DNA from: Pseudomonadota bacterium
GTDB taxonomy: Bacteria > Pseudomonadota > Alphaproteobacteria > Caulobacterales > Hyphomonadaceae
Assembly (NCBI GenBank): GCA_039026135.1
Contig: JBCCMX010000001.1
Span: 1-47,954 of the forward strand
Direction of reading: 5' to 3'
Length of the DNA: 47,954 nucleotides
In this document: one piece after another, positions 1 through 8,982 of the stretch
Numbering within the stretch: the stretch's first letter is position 1
How the letters are laid out: each line of letters starts with the position of its first letter
Position numbers and translations under genes: made by a program
Notes under the pieces: model-generated
The model's input: the letters and a program-made list of their open reading frames with translations, nothing else
Database searches by the model: none
What the model was told of the DNA's origin: nothing

Positions 1-138
1 CAGGCCCTGATCGACGCACACTGGGCCGATGCACGCGCCCCGCTCTATCCCCACCAGACCGAAAGCCCGATCTGTATCGACAAGACCATCAATGACCGAC
101 CCTGCGAGAATGACGAATATATCATCTGGGCCAATTAA
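1..138 (+). CDS. 3' end of a gene truncated by the window edge, possibly a sulfatase-like hydrolase
   Basis: Frame 1 is open from base 1 to TAA at 136-138 (QALIDAHWADARAPLYPHQTESPICIDKTINDRPCENDEYIIWAN). The tail resembles sulfatase C-termini from memory only. Not in the ORF track. Confidence 0.45.
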   Translation, partial: QALIDAHWADARAPLYPHQTESPICIDKTINDRPCENDEYIIWAN

Positions 139-200
139 ACATGCCCACACGTCACGGGGAGTTTAAATGAAAGTCAGTGCAGCCGCGCTATAAGGCCGGC

Positions 201-788
201 ATGTCGTCTTTATGGAGAACACCTGTTCTTGGCGCGCTGGTCTTCTCGGTCTGGCGCGCAGATGCCCGGCGAAAGCTTGAACTTGTCAGCCCCTGGCTGA
301 CAGCCGGCGACCGGATACTGGAAATTGGGTCCGGTCCAGGCAGCGTGCTTTATGAGTTTCGACGCGCCGGCTTTCAGGTCGACGCACTTGATGTGGCCGA
401 TAGCAGTTTCAGCGCGGCGCTGAAGCCAGCCCTTTATGATGGCGAGGTTATGCCTTTTCAGGACGGGGCTTACGACACGGCGCTCTTACTGACCGTCCTG
501 CATCACGTGCCCGATCCCGACATGATCCTGAAGGAAGCCGCGCGCGTGGCTCGGCGCGTCATCATTATTGAAGACGTGTTCGAAAGTACCTGGCAGCGCA
601 AATACACGAAGTTCGCTGACTCGATCACCAATCTGGAAGTCTTCGGCCATCCTCACAGCAACCGATCTGACATGGCATGGCGAGACACATTCTCTCACCT
701 TGGATTTGAACTCCTGCACGGCGAGGTGCATCGCTTTGCCGGTGTCTTTCGCCAGGCCGTTTACGTGATCGAGACGGCGCCGGCTTAA
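201..788 (+). CDS. Class I SAM-dependent methyltransferase
   Basis: Motif I LEIGSGPG, then MPFQDGAYD and VLHHVPDP typical of Methyltransf_11. ATG 201 preferred over GTG 177. Confidence 0.85.
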   Translation: MSSLWRTPVLGALVFSVWRADARRKLELVSPWLTAGDRILEIGSGPGSVLYEFRRAGFQVDALDVADSSFSAALKPALYDGEVMPFQDGAYDTALLLTVLHHVPDPDMILKEAARVARRVIIIEDVFESTWQRKYTKFADSITNLEVFGHPHSNRSDMAWRDTFSHLGFELLHGEVHRFAGVFRQAVYVIETAPA

Positions 789-819
789 GCGATCGATCTG
801 ATCAGGGCGATCCGCCGCG

Positions 820-3800
820 CTACCCGGCGCCGGGCGTCTCGCCAATCACCTCATCCTCTGGCAGAGAGGGCAGCTTGGCTGTTGGCGGGCGCAGACTTGG
901 GTCGACAGGGATGGCGTCCGGAATAGAGGTGTCGGATGGGTTCTCAAAGATACGCCGCAAGATGCCGGGCGTAACCGCCGAAAGCGGGTTCACCGCGACC
1001 TGCGCTTTTTCAAGCGTACCGCGCACGGAATAGGTAATCGAGAAAATGCCCTCGCCCTGGCGCCCGACAAATAGGTCGCCAATAATCGGCACACCGCCGA
1101 GCACGGAATTGACACCGAAACTCGGCACCAGCACGCCATCAAGTTCGATCCCGCGTCCGTCCGTACCGATCCAGCCATTCACCGTCAGACCCAGCGCCGG
1201 GCCGCTTGCGCGCCCGCCATCAATCACATAGCGCCCGCCGCCAATGCTGACAGGCACTTCGATGCGCGAGAACAGAACACCATCACCTGACAAGGTGTCG
1301 GCCAGACCGCGCAAGGATGCCAGAGAGAGAATCTGCGTGACCACCGGCGCGTCGGAGAGGCGCGCATCGCGCACCGATGCGTTCAGTTTGGCCGGCTGCC
1401 CATTGGCGGCCAGCGTGCCGGTCAGCGTCATCGCGCCGCCGCGAATGAAGCCCATGCCAAAGAACGCCTCTGCAATAAAACCGGCATCACCGGTTGTTAG
1501 TGAAATGCGCGGCGCCGCGCCGGGTATCTTGTCTTCGTATGTCGCCAGCAGCGTCTTGCCGCCGCGCATGGTGCCTGACGCATCGGCTGATTGCAGCTTG
1601 CCGCCCCGCGCATCAATCGCCAGCGTCGCGTCGGTCAGATCCAGTCCGCGCTGCAGCCGCAGACGCCCGACTTCCGCATTGAGAAGTACCGGCAGAACGG
1701 GATCGTCGACCGCCCCGCCGCCCATACCCGTTCCAATACCGCTAATACTGCTGAGCAGGGAACTGATGTCAAAATAGTCGCCGACAAAGTTGATCGCCAT
1801 ATCGCCCTCTGGCGTTCGGCGGACCGTACCAGAGACATCGGCGCTGCCTTCGACGAAGAGTTTGCTGAGCGTGAGACTTTCCAGCCGGCCGCCCTGGCCC
1901 AGCAGCACATCGCCCGTCATCGACAGGCCTTGACCTTCAACCCGCAGAGCAGAGGCCTGCGCCACACCGTCACCGGAATAGGACAGGCTGGCCCTTGCCG
2001 GCTCGCCAGCCGGTTTGATCCAGCCAATTTCTTCAATGTCGATCCGTGCGTCACGAAAATCGAGGCCGAAGGCCGCATCACCAAGACCATCGGCGCTGAC
2101 CTTGCCCTGCATCTCAATCGGGATCTCGCCGGTCAGGTAGGCACGGCCGACAAGACCAAGTTCGTTCAAGACATCCGGCGTGACAATCGCGCTGGCCGAG
2201 ATATCGGCTGACCGTTCGTCCTGACCAAACTCGTCGCGCCAGGTAAACTGAACCGGCGCTGGCCCAATCTCGCCATGCCCGGTCAGCACCAGGCGTGTGT
2301 TCTTGTAATCGACATCGACTGTTGCTTCGGACAGGTCCAGCCCCATGACCACTTGGGAGAGGCCGGCATTGCGAATGGTTCCGGTTGCTTCAAGCTGCAG
2401 ATCTTCAAAGGGAACATTGCTGAGTGCGGGACGCGACATGAAGAAGACCGCTTCGCCTTCGCCTGAAATCCGGTCAGGGTCGAACCCGGTTTCAGCTTCC
2501 AGCTGCAAGCGCGAATCAGAAATATAGCGCATGATCGATACGGCAGGCCCGCGCCCCTGCGCCGTGACCGTGAAGGGCTCGCCGCGCGGCATGAATGCGG
2601 GAAACTCAACCTGGCCGCGTTCAACCTCCCAGTCGCCATAAGTGGCGGCCAGCACACTCAAACCAAAGCTGTTCCCGCTGAGGCGCCCGGACCCGACCGC
2701 ATTTTCCACTGGCGGGACATCATCGAGAAAACGCACCCGTCCGTCCTTGAAACCAAAAGACACGCCAAGGTCACCATCTCGCAAGTGGCCTTGTTCTAGA
2801 CTGTCCGGGCGCAGGGCCAGCGAGACGCTCGCCTCCGTCAGACGGACATCTTCAACGCGCGCCACAACAAACCGGCGCGCGCCATCGCCTAGTCTCTCTG
2901 GCCAGAAGGCCAGCACCTCGTCCTTTGTCAGTTCGCCGACCAGCTCAGCCGTCAGGTCGAGACTAATCGGCACCTGACCCTCTTCGGCCTTGGGGCTGAG
3001 GTCGAGTTCGCCGCTGGCATTGAAGACCCCTTCGCCGACACGAGCCGTGAATTTGTCAAACACCATCAGCGAGAAGTCGTCAGAGACATCCGCACCAAAC
3101 TCCAGATTGGAAATGTTCCAACCGAGCGGTGAGATCGGCGTCTGCTTGAGAGCCAATGACTCTGCTGACAGCTCCACACGTCGCAGAATGTTCTCTTCAA
3201 GAACACTCTGCAACCGGCCGGTCAGGGTCGTCTCAATCAGGTCAGAACGCATCACCAGCTGATCGACCGTGATCGCATCCTGCTCCGGGCGGTAGGTCAC
3301 CCCCATCGTGATGTCGCGCAAAACGTCGCCAATTGTCGGCAGGTCGAGACTGCCGGCTTGGTGCTCCATCGCAAAGCCAATCTGCTCCAGCCCGCCCTGC
3401 TCGGTCATGCCAGCTGCAAAGGTGACATCCAACTTAAGGTCACCTGTGTCCATCATGTCGAGGCCAAATCGGGACGCCAGATCCGCAAATGGCAAATCAT
3501 CGACCGTAATGTCGGCCCGCAAGGCGCCATAATTGTCAGAGGTCGACAGGCTAGCGGCGACACGGCCCGGCAGCCCGAGCCCCCCGCCCGCGCCTTCCAT
3601 TGCAATCGACATGTCTGCAACACCTTTTTCGCCGCGCCCCATCGCCTCAGTCACTATTCCGTAAAGCTCCCCCTGCGGGCCGCGAACGCGTATTTCCAGG
3701 TCGCTGAATTCAAGCGTCTCAAGTTCGAACAGGTCGTGGCTCGCGTCGAGCGCGCCGCGCGTATCGCTGAGCACACGCTCGGTCAGCTCAATCCACCCGG

Positions 3801-4260
3801 CCGGGGTTGTCGGCAACACGCCAGCCTGGATCGGCGGCAAGGGTTCACCCGCCACACTCCAGAGATTCGGTCCGGTACTATGCACATCAATCCAGCCGTC
3901 AGAGATGTCGACGCCAAGCACCGTAAACTTGCGCAGGAACAAGTCGCCAGCATCGAGCGTCATGTGCGCTGCGCCAACCCGCGCCGCCTCCTCGCCCTGA
4001 TCGTCTTTTAGGCTGAGCTCATTAGCGACAACAAAAAGCCGGCGCTCGCTCGGCGACCATTGCAGGGTCAACCGCTCCATTGAGACCGCCCGTCCCCCAC
4101 GGGCATCGGTCAGGGACTGTTCGACATCATCGCGGAACATGCCGAGCTCAACCGGGCCGCTGGCTAGCATGATGGCCAGAATCGCGATCGCGGCCATGAT
4201 CAGTAGTGAGATCACGCCTAGAATTTCAAGCAAAATCACTTTTGTGGTCTGGCGAACCAA
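820..4260 (-). CDS. AsmA-like / YhdP-type (DUF3971, AsmA_2) intermembrane protein
   Basis: 1146 aa with a single N-terminal TM anchor and a beta-rich body. C-terminal motifs NSVLGGVPIIGDLF and VNPLSAVTPGILRRIF. GGAG upstream of a TTG start. Confidence 0.85.
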   Translation of the reverse strand: MVRQTTKVILLEILGVISLLIMAAIAILAIMLASGPVELGMFRDDVEQSLTDARGGRAVSMERLTLQWSPSERRLFVVANELSLKDDQGEEAARVGAAHMTLDAGDLFLRKFTVLGVDISDGWIDVHSTGPNLWSVAGEPLPPIQAGVLPTTPAGWIELTERVLSDTRGALDASHDLFELETLEFSDLEIRVRGPQGELYGIVTEAMGRGEKGVADMSIAMEGAGGGLGLPGRVAASLSTSDNYGALRADITVDDLPFADLASRFGLDMMDTGDLKLDVTFAAGMTEQGGLEQIGFAMEHQAGSLDLPTIGDVLRDITMGVTYRPEQDAITVDQLVMRSDLIETTLTGRLQSVLEENILRRVELSAESLALKQTPISPLGWNISNLEFGADVSDDFSLMVFDKFTARVGEGVFNASGELDLSPKAEEGQVPISLDLTAELVGELTKDEVLAFWPERLGDGARRFVVARVEDVRLTEASVSLALRPDSLEQGHLRDGDLGVSFGFKDGRVRFLDDVPPVENAVGSGRLSGNSFGLSVLAATYGDWEVERGQVEFPAFMPRGEPFTVTAQGRGPAVSIMRYISDSRLQLEAETGFDPDRISGEGEAVFFMSRPALSNVPFEDLQLEATGTIRNAGLSQVVMGLDLSEATVDVDYKNTRLVLTGHGEIGPAPVQFTWRDEFGQDERSADISASAIVTPDVLNELGLVGRAYLTGEIPIEMQGKVSADGLGDAAFGLDFRDARIDIEEIGWIKPAGEPARASLSYSGDGVAQASALRVEGQGLSMTGDVLLGQGGRLESLTLSKLFVEGSADVSGTVRRTPEGDMAINFVGDYFDISSLLSSISGIGTGMGGGAVDDPVLPVLLNAEVGRLRLQRGLDLTDATLAIDARGGKLQSADASGTMRGGKTLLATYEDKIPGAAPRISLTTGDAGFIAEAFFGMGFIRGGAMTLTGTLAANGQPAKLNASVRDARLSDAPVVTQILSLASLRGLADTLSGDGVLFSRIEVPVSIGGGRYVIDGGRASGPALGLTVNGWIGTDGRGIELDGVLVPSFGVNSVLGGVPIIGDLFVGRQGEGIFSITYSVRGTLEKAQVAVNPLSAVTPGILRRIFENPSDTSIPDAIPVDPSLRPPTAKLPSLPEDEVIGETPGAG

Positions 4261-4343
4261 ACTGTTTGCTCCATCTTAATCTCAGCGAACACTATACATA
4301 GAACTCACCGGCGGAAATTTTACCGCATTTACAGGACCATGAC

Positions 4344-4820
4344 ATGACAAACAGACTAGAAAAAGGCGATACTGCACCTGCCATTACACTGCCCGCCACC
4401 AATGACAGGCAGGTCAACCTATCTCAGCCGAAAGGCAAGGGCCTAGTTCTGTTTTTCTATCCAAAAGACTCAACAAAGGGTTGCACGACCGAAGCGCAGG
4501 ACTTTTCGGCCCTGAAAAGCGCGTTTGAAGCGCTTAACGTCGAAATCATAGGAATCTCACGTGATTCGCTCGCCTCACATGAGAAGTTCATCATTAAGTC
4601 AGACCTGACGGTGGCACTCGCGAGCGATGAAGATGGCGCCGCGAGCGAGGCGTTTGGCGTATGGGTCGAGAAGTCCATGTATGGCAAAACATATATGGGC
4701 ATTGAACGCTCGACATTTCTCATCGGCAGCGACGGAAAAGTGGCAGAGCTGTGGCGCAAAGTGCGGGTAAAAGGCCATGCAGAAACGGTTCTGGAGGCCA
4801 CAAAAACCGCGCTGGGTTAA
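4344..4820 (+). CDS. bcp: Peroxiredoxin, BCP/PrxQ family
   Basis: FFYPKDSTKGCTTEA peroxidatic motif, YMGIERSTFLI, AGGA RBS. Confidence 0.93.
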   Translation: MTNRLEKGDTAPAITLPATNDRQVNLSQPKGKGLVLFFYPKDSTKGCTTEAQDFSALKSAFEALNVEIIGISRDSLASHEKFIIKSDLTVALASDEDGAASEAFGVWVEKSMYGKTYMGIERSTFLIGSDGKVAELWRKVRVKGHAETVLEATKTALG

Positions 4821-4842
4821 TTCTTCGTCAAGTGAACACTCT

Positions 4843-4885
4843 TTAAGCAGCGCTTTACCGATCTTCGGTAAAACTCTGCTATAAG
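4843..4885 (+). promoter_or_regulatory. Putative lmdC-bacA promoter with a CtrA-like box
   Basis: TTAA-N7-TTTAC at 4843-4858 (one mismatch to TTAA-N7-TTAAC), inverted repeat TTTACCG/CGGTAAA at 4854-4872, and a GCTATAAG -10-like element at 4878-4885. Confidence 0.4.
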
Positions 4886-4994
4886 TCACGAAAAAGGTCT
4901 TTTCTGACTGTTCCCAATGAGGTTATTGTGAATAAACCAAATCACACGGTATCGAAGCTGACCTCGCTGGGAGGAAGTCTTCCTGTGGAGTCAG

Positions 4995-6218
4995 GTGCGT
5001 AGAATGAAGTCCGGTTCGAAAGTCACAGATGTGTTCAAGGCACTGTTTCCAGAGCGACAGATTTATCATCGCAGTGGTGGAACCGTCCGCTATTTCACCG
5101 TGTCCCCGTTTCAGCAAATGGTGCTTGCGACCGCCGCGGCCGCACTGATTGGATGGTCCATGTTCGCCACCGCCAGTGTCCTCTTGGGCAAAGGCGGCGC
5201 AGGAACAATTGTTGCCGACGGCGAGGTGCACAAGCTGGAACGTTGGGTCCAGGAATTGCGCGCCCGCGATGAACTGTCGAGCGCGCAGCTCGCTGCGCGC
5301 ACCGAGGCCTTCCAGGATGCCACGCTGGAGTTTGAGCGCCGTCACCAGACCCTCTCCACCATGCTTGAAGCATTGAAGAATGGCGGCGAGCTGAATGTCT
5401 CCGCACTGCGCGGCGATTCAGGTTCACTATTGGTCACCGCATCGATTGATGAGGCCGACGCGCGCCAGTCACAGCGTTTGCAGCAAACCGCCAGCCTGTT
5501 GCCGAAAGTCGGACTGAGCGGACAGGTCTCTGATATTCGCACAGATCAGGACGGCTTTCTCGACGAGCTTGAAGACATGGCTGTTGACCGCGCCGAGGCC
5601 GCGCGCGGTGTACTGCGCCTGACGGCGGTTGGCGCTGGCCGGATTGAAAGCGGGCAGAACATGGGCGGGCCAGCGATCGAGTTTGGTAGCCTGATTTCGG
5701 GTCAGTTCGACTCCCCTGAAGAGGCAGCCTTTGCCGGCCGTGTCGCCCAGGTTGCAGCGCGAATGGAAGAGGCCCGTCATTTTGAAGAATTGGTGGAAAA
5801 TCTGCCGCTGGCGCAGCCAATTGGTGTGCCGGCGAGACTGACATCAAGATTTGGCCTGCGGACAGACCCGTTCACGAAGCGGCCAGGTTGGCACAATGGC
5901 ATCGATATGGCAGCTTATTGGAACGCGCCGATCGTTGCGGCGGGGCCAGGAAAAGTCATTTTCGCCGGAACAAAATCGGGGTATGGTCGGGTCGTAGATG
6001 TCGATCACGGACAAGGTTTTATTTCTCGTTATGCTCACCTTAACCGCATTAGTGTAAAACGCGGTGCATCGGTCGCAATTGGAGATAAACTCGGCACAAT
6101 GGGGTCAACGGGGCGTAGCACAGGACCGCACCTCCACTATGAAGTCTACTTCAATGGCAAACCCTATAACCCCGAAGAATTTTTGAAGGCAGGAAAACAT
6201 GTTCACCAAGACAAATAA
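4995..6218 (+). CDS. lmdC: M23 peptidoglycan endopeptidase with N-terminal TM and coiled coil (LmdC-type)
   Basis: N-terminal FPERQIYHRSGGTVRY, TM helix, coiled coil, M23 motifs HNGID and STGPHLHYEV. Directly upstream of a bactofilin. Start may be ATG 5004. Confidence 0.88.
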   Translation: MRRMKSGSKVTDVFKALFPERQIYHRSGGTVRYFTVSPFQQMVLATAAAALIGWSMFATASVLLGKGGAGTIVADGEVHKLERWVQELRARDELSSAQLAARTEAFQDATLEFERRHQTLSTMLEALKNGGELNVSALRGDSGSLLVTASIDEADARQSQRLQQTASLLPKVGLSGQVSDIRTDQDGFLDELEDMAVDRAEAARGVLRLTAVGAGRIESGQNMGGPAIEFGSLISGQFDSPEEAAFAGRVAQVAARMEEARHFEELVENLPLAQPIGVPARLTSRFGLRTDPFTKRPGWHNGIDMAAYWNAPIVAAGPGKVIFAGTKSGYGRVVDVDHGQGFISRYAHLNRISVKRGASVAIGDKLGTMGSTGRSTGPHLHYEVYFNGKPYNPEEFLKAGKHVHQDK

Positions 6219-6663
6219 ACCAGAGGGACCCGGCATCACCCCCGCTCAGGATGCTGTCCGCAGTGCCTCATCAAAACCAGCCGCCCGCGTCGGCGCGTCG
6301 ATCATTTGTTCCGACATGAAAATTGTCGGCTCAATCACATCGGAAGGTGCGCTTCAGATCGATGGCAGCGTCGATGGCGACGTACAGGCTGGCGATATCA
6401 CAATCGGTTCGACCGGCTCGGTCACTGGCGAAATCAAATCCGACACGCTTCGCGTGAAGGGTAAAGTCAAAGGCTCGATCCGTTCCAAGAAAGTCGAACT
6501 GGAAACCGGTGCCTCTGTTGATGGTGACATCTACCACGCCGCACTGATCATCCAGCCGGACGCAACCTTCGAAGGTCAGGTCAAGCGCGAGGATGACCCG
6601 CTGAAGGACAGCGCGCCAAAAGCCGCCAGCGACAAGCCAAACGGTGTTTTCGGCAACGCCTAA
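6199..6663 (+). CDS. bacA: Bactofilin (polymer-forming cytoskeletal protein)
   Basis: N-terminal MFTK membrane-targeting motif and beta-helix repeats (IDGSVDGDV, VKGKVKGSI, ATFEGQV). Overlaps the lmdC stop by 20 nt. Confidence 0.92.
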   Translation: MFTKTNKPEGPGITPAQDAVRSASSKPAARVGASIICSDMKIVGSITSEGALQIDGSVDGDVQAGDITIGSTGSVTGEIKSDTLRVKGKVKGSIRSKKVELETGASVDGDIYHAALIIQPDATFEGQVKREDDPLKDSAPKAASDKPNGVFGNA

Positions 6664-6704
6664 ATGATCGTGTCCCTATGGGACAAGGCAGACCAGAGTT
6701 GAAG

Positions 6705-6734
6705 CCCCGGAGCCCGCGCTCCGGGGTTTTGTTT
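6705..6734 (+). terminator. Rho-independent terminator after bacA
   Basis: 9-bp stem CCCCGGAGC/GCTCCGGGG with loop CCGC, followed by TTTTGTTT. Lies between convergent genes. Confidence 0.85.
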
Positions 6735-6744
6735 GGGCAAGCCC

Positions 6745-7779
6745 CTATCGTGTCAGCGCCCAGGGCGACAGCCGGTCGATGAGGGTGCCTGGGTCATCGC
6801 CGCGGGCAAGCAACATAATCGCCCAGACATATAGAACATGCGTCTGCAGCGCCTTGTAAACGTACGCACCCAATGCCTGAAGCGAAACAGTGCTGGCATA
6901 TGGCGCCGGCAGGGCCTGGTCTGGAAACTGACTGATCATGATATGCGGCTGCGCGCCGCCGCGCAGATAAGCGCCGAGACCACTGGACGGTAAAGCCGGG
7001 CCGGTCCCGCTATGGTAGGGTTCCATGATCAGAAGATCACGGCCCTGCGCCGCATCGCAGAGAAAGCGCTCGGTCAGTCCGGGGTGAAGTTTGACAAGGC
7101 CCACACGATCCATCGCGCCGCGCAGCGCCTCAGCGGATACGCGGGTCAGCGGCGGCAGCGCCTCACTTGAAGGCCTGACATCTGCCTCGATCATGGCAAG
7201 CCCGGTCGAGGGACAAAATTGCGCGACCTGTGATGCGAACGCCGCCCCCAACACCATATCATCAAAAGCCATTGGCTTCACATCCAGCGCCGGAAGGATA
7301 AGCGCCCGCGCGTTGCGCTCGTCAGCCCGAAACGCGACGAAGACACCGTCCGGCATCTCGACATGCGACACGGCGGCCATCGCCGCGCGCAGCGATAAGG
7401 GCGCATCGCTGCGCGGGTGCTCAGGAACATGCAGCGATCCTGTCAGGCAGATCTTTGCTCGACGTGCTGAGAAGACACCTGCAATCACTGCGGCCGTATA
7501 GTGAAGTGTGTCCGTGCCATGCGTGATGACGATCTTGTTATAGCCATCGGCCAGCACCCCCTCGACATGATCGATCAAGACAAGCCAGTCTTCCGGGCCG
7601 ATACTTTCAGAATTCAAATTGAAGGCCGAGACGGTTTTCAATTCACGCTCGCCGCCAGACGCTGCCGCCCGCAAGACCTGGCCGACCGCATTGCCGCCTT
7701 GATCAACACCGACGCTATGCTCGCCCAGTACTGATCCGATCGTGCCGCCGGTTGTTATAATCGCGATGTCTTTGGTCAT
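6745..7779 (-). CDS. Asparaginase/glutaminase-family protein
   Basis: TTGGTIG and ITHGTDT catalytic motifs. Start moved to ATG 7779, which has GAGG upstream and avoids overlap with prfB. Confidence 0.8.
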   Translation of the reverse strand: MTKDIAIITTGGTIGSVLGEHSVGVDQGGNAVGQVLRAAASGGERELKTVSAFNLNSESIGPEDWLVLIDHVEGVLADGYNKIVITHGTDTLHYTAAVIAGVFSARRAKICLTGSLHVPEHPRSDAPLSLRAAMAAVSHVEMPDGVFVAFRADERNARALILPALDVKPMAFDDMVLGAAFASQVAQFCPSTGLAMIEADVRPSSEALPPLTRVSAEALRGAMDRVGLVKLHPGLTERFLCDAAQGRDLLIMEPYHSGTGPALPSSGLGAYLRGGAQPHIMISQFPDQALPAPYASTVSLQALGAYVYKALQTHVLYVWAIMLLARGDDPGTLIDRLSPWALTR

Positions 7780-7813
7780 GCCACTTTCCTCACCGCGCCA
7801 TGGCGCCCGCACC

Positions 7814-8927
7814 TCAGCCATCAAGAGCCTCACCCTCACCGAGCGCATGTGAAAGCGCCGCACTCAAAAAAGGTGTCAGATCCCCATCCAGGACACCGCC
7901 TGTGTCGGAGGTTTCATAATTGGTCCGCAGATCTTTGACCAATTGATAGGGCTGGAGCACATAAGAGCGGATCTGGTGGCCCCAACCAATTTCGGTCTTG
8001 TTGTCATGACTGTCCTGGGCGGCTTGCTGGCGGCGTTGAAGCTCAACCTCGTACAGCCGCGAGCGGAGCATGTCCCATGCGGTGGCACGGTTTTGATGCT
8101 GCGAGCGGCCCGACTGGCAAGCCACCGCGATACCCGTCGGTTCATGGGTCAGCCGCACAGCTGAGTCCGTCTTGTTCACATGTTGGCCGCCGCTGCCGGA
8201 GGCGCGATAGGTGTCCGTGCGCACATCCGATGGGTCAACCTCAACCTCGATTGTCTCGTCAATGACCGGCGAGATAGCGACCGAGGCAAAGCTGGTATGG
8301 CGCCGCGCCGAGCTGTCATAGGGAGAAATCCGCACCAGGCGGTGCACGCCCTGCTCTGATTTCAGCCAGCCATAAGCATTCTCGCCTTTGACCAGAAGCG
8401 TCGCTGATTTGATGCCGGCTTCCTCTCCTTCATGGCTTTCGACCTCTTCGACCTTATAGCCGCCCTTGTCGGCCCAGCGCGCATACATGCGCCGCAACAT
8501 GGCCGCCCAGTCTTGGCTTTCGGTGCCGCCGGCGCCCGCATTGATATTGATATAGCAATCATTGCCGTCAGCCTCACCGGACAGCAAGGCTTCAAGCTCT
8601 GCCCGCTCGGCGCGGGTCTGCGCCGCCGTCAGGGTCGCGGAGACATCGGCCAACATGTCAGGATCGCCCTCGGCCAGCTCAAGCAGCTCAAGCCCGTCGG
8701 CCGCTTCCTGCTCAAGCTCCAGAACGGTTTGCATACCTGTTTCAAGGCGCTGGCGTTCGGCCATCAATTCGCGCGCCTCTTCCGGATCGTCCCAGAAGTC
8801 AGGACGCTCGGAGAGCGCGTTTAGCTCATCCAGGCGTTTGCTCGCGACATCCCAGTCAAAGACGCCTCCTCAGCAGCTCGGCTGACTGCTGGATCTGTTC
8901 GGCCATTGCCAGAATTTCTGCGGACAT
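7814..8927 (-). CDS. prfB: Peptide chain release factor 2, joined by a +1 programmed frameshift (about 370 aa)
   Basis: ATG 8927, 23 codons [23 protein letters not shown], then CTT TGA C. The +1 frame (GAC TGG GAT...) is continuous with the 7814-8767 ORF, which carries SPY and GGQ motifs. Confidence 0.97.
8855..8870 (-). other. prfB frameshift cassette
   Basis: Minus strand reads AGGAGG-CGT-CTT-TGA-C: internal Shine-Dalgarno, 3-nt spacer, slippery Leu codon and UGA stop. Confidence 0.96.
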
Positions 8928-8982
8928 GTCCGGTCTTTCCTATCGATCTAGCGCGGGGAGATGGGCGTCTTTGCCGCCCGCG

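Noticed and set aside
7814-8927. prfB as a frameshifted pseudogene or sequencing error
   Set aside because: The break sits exactly at the canonical programmed frameshift cassette.
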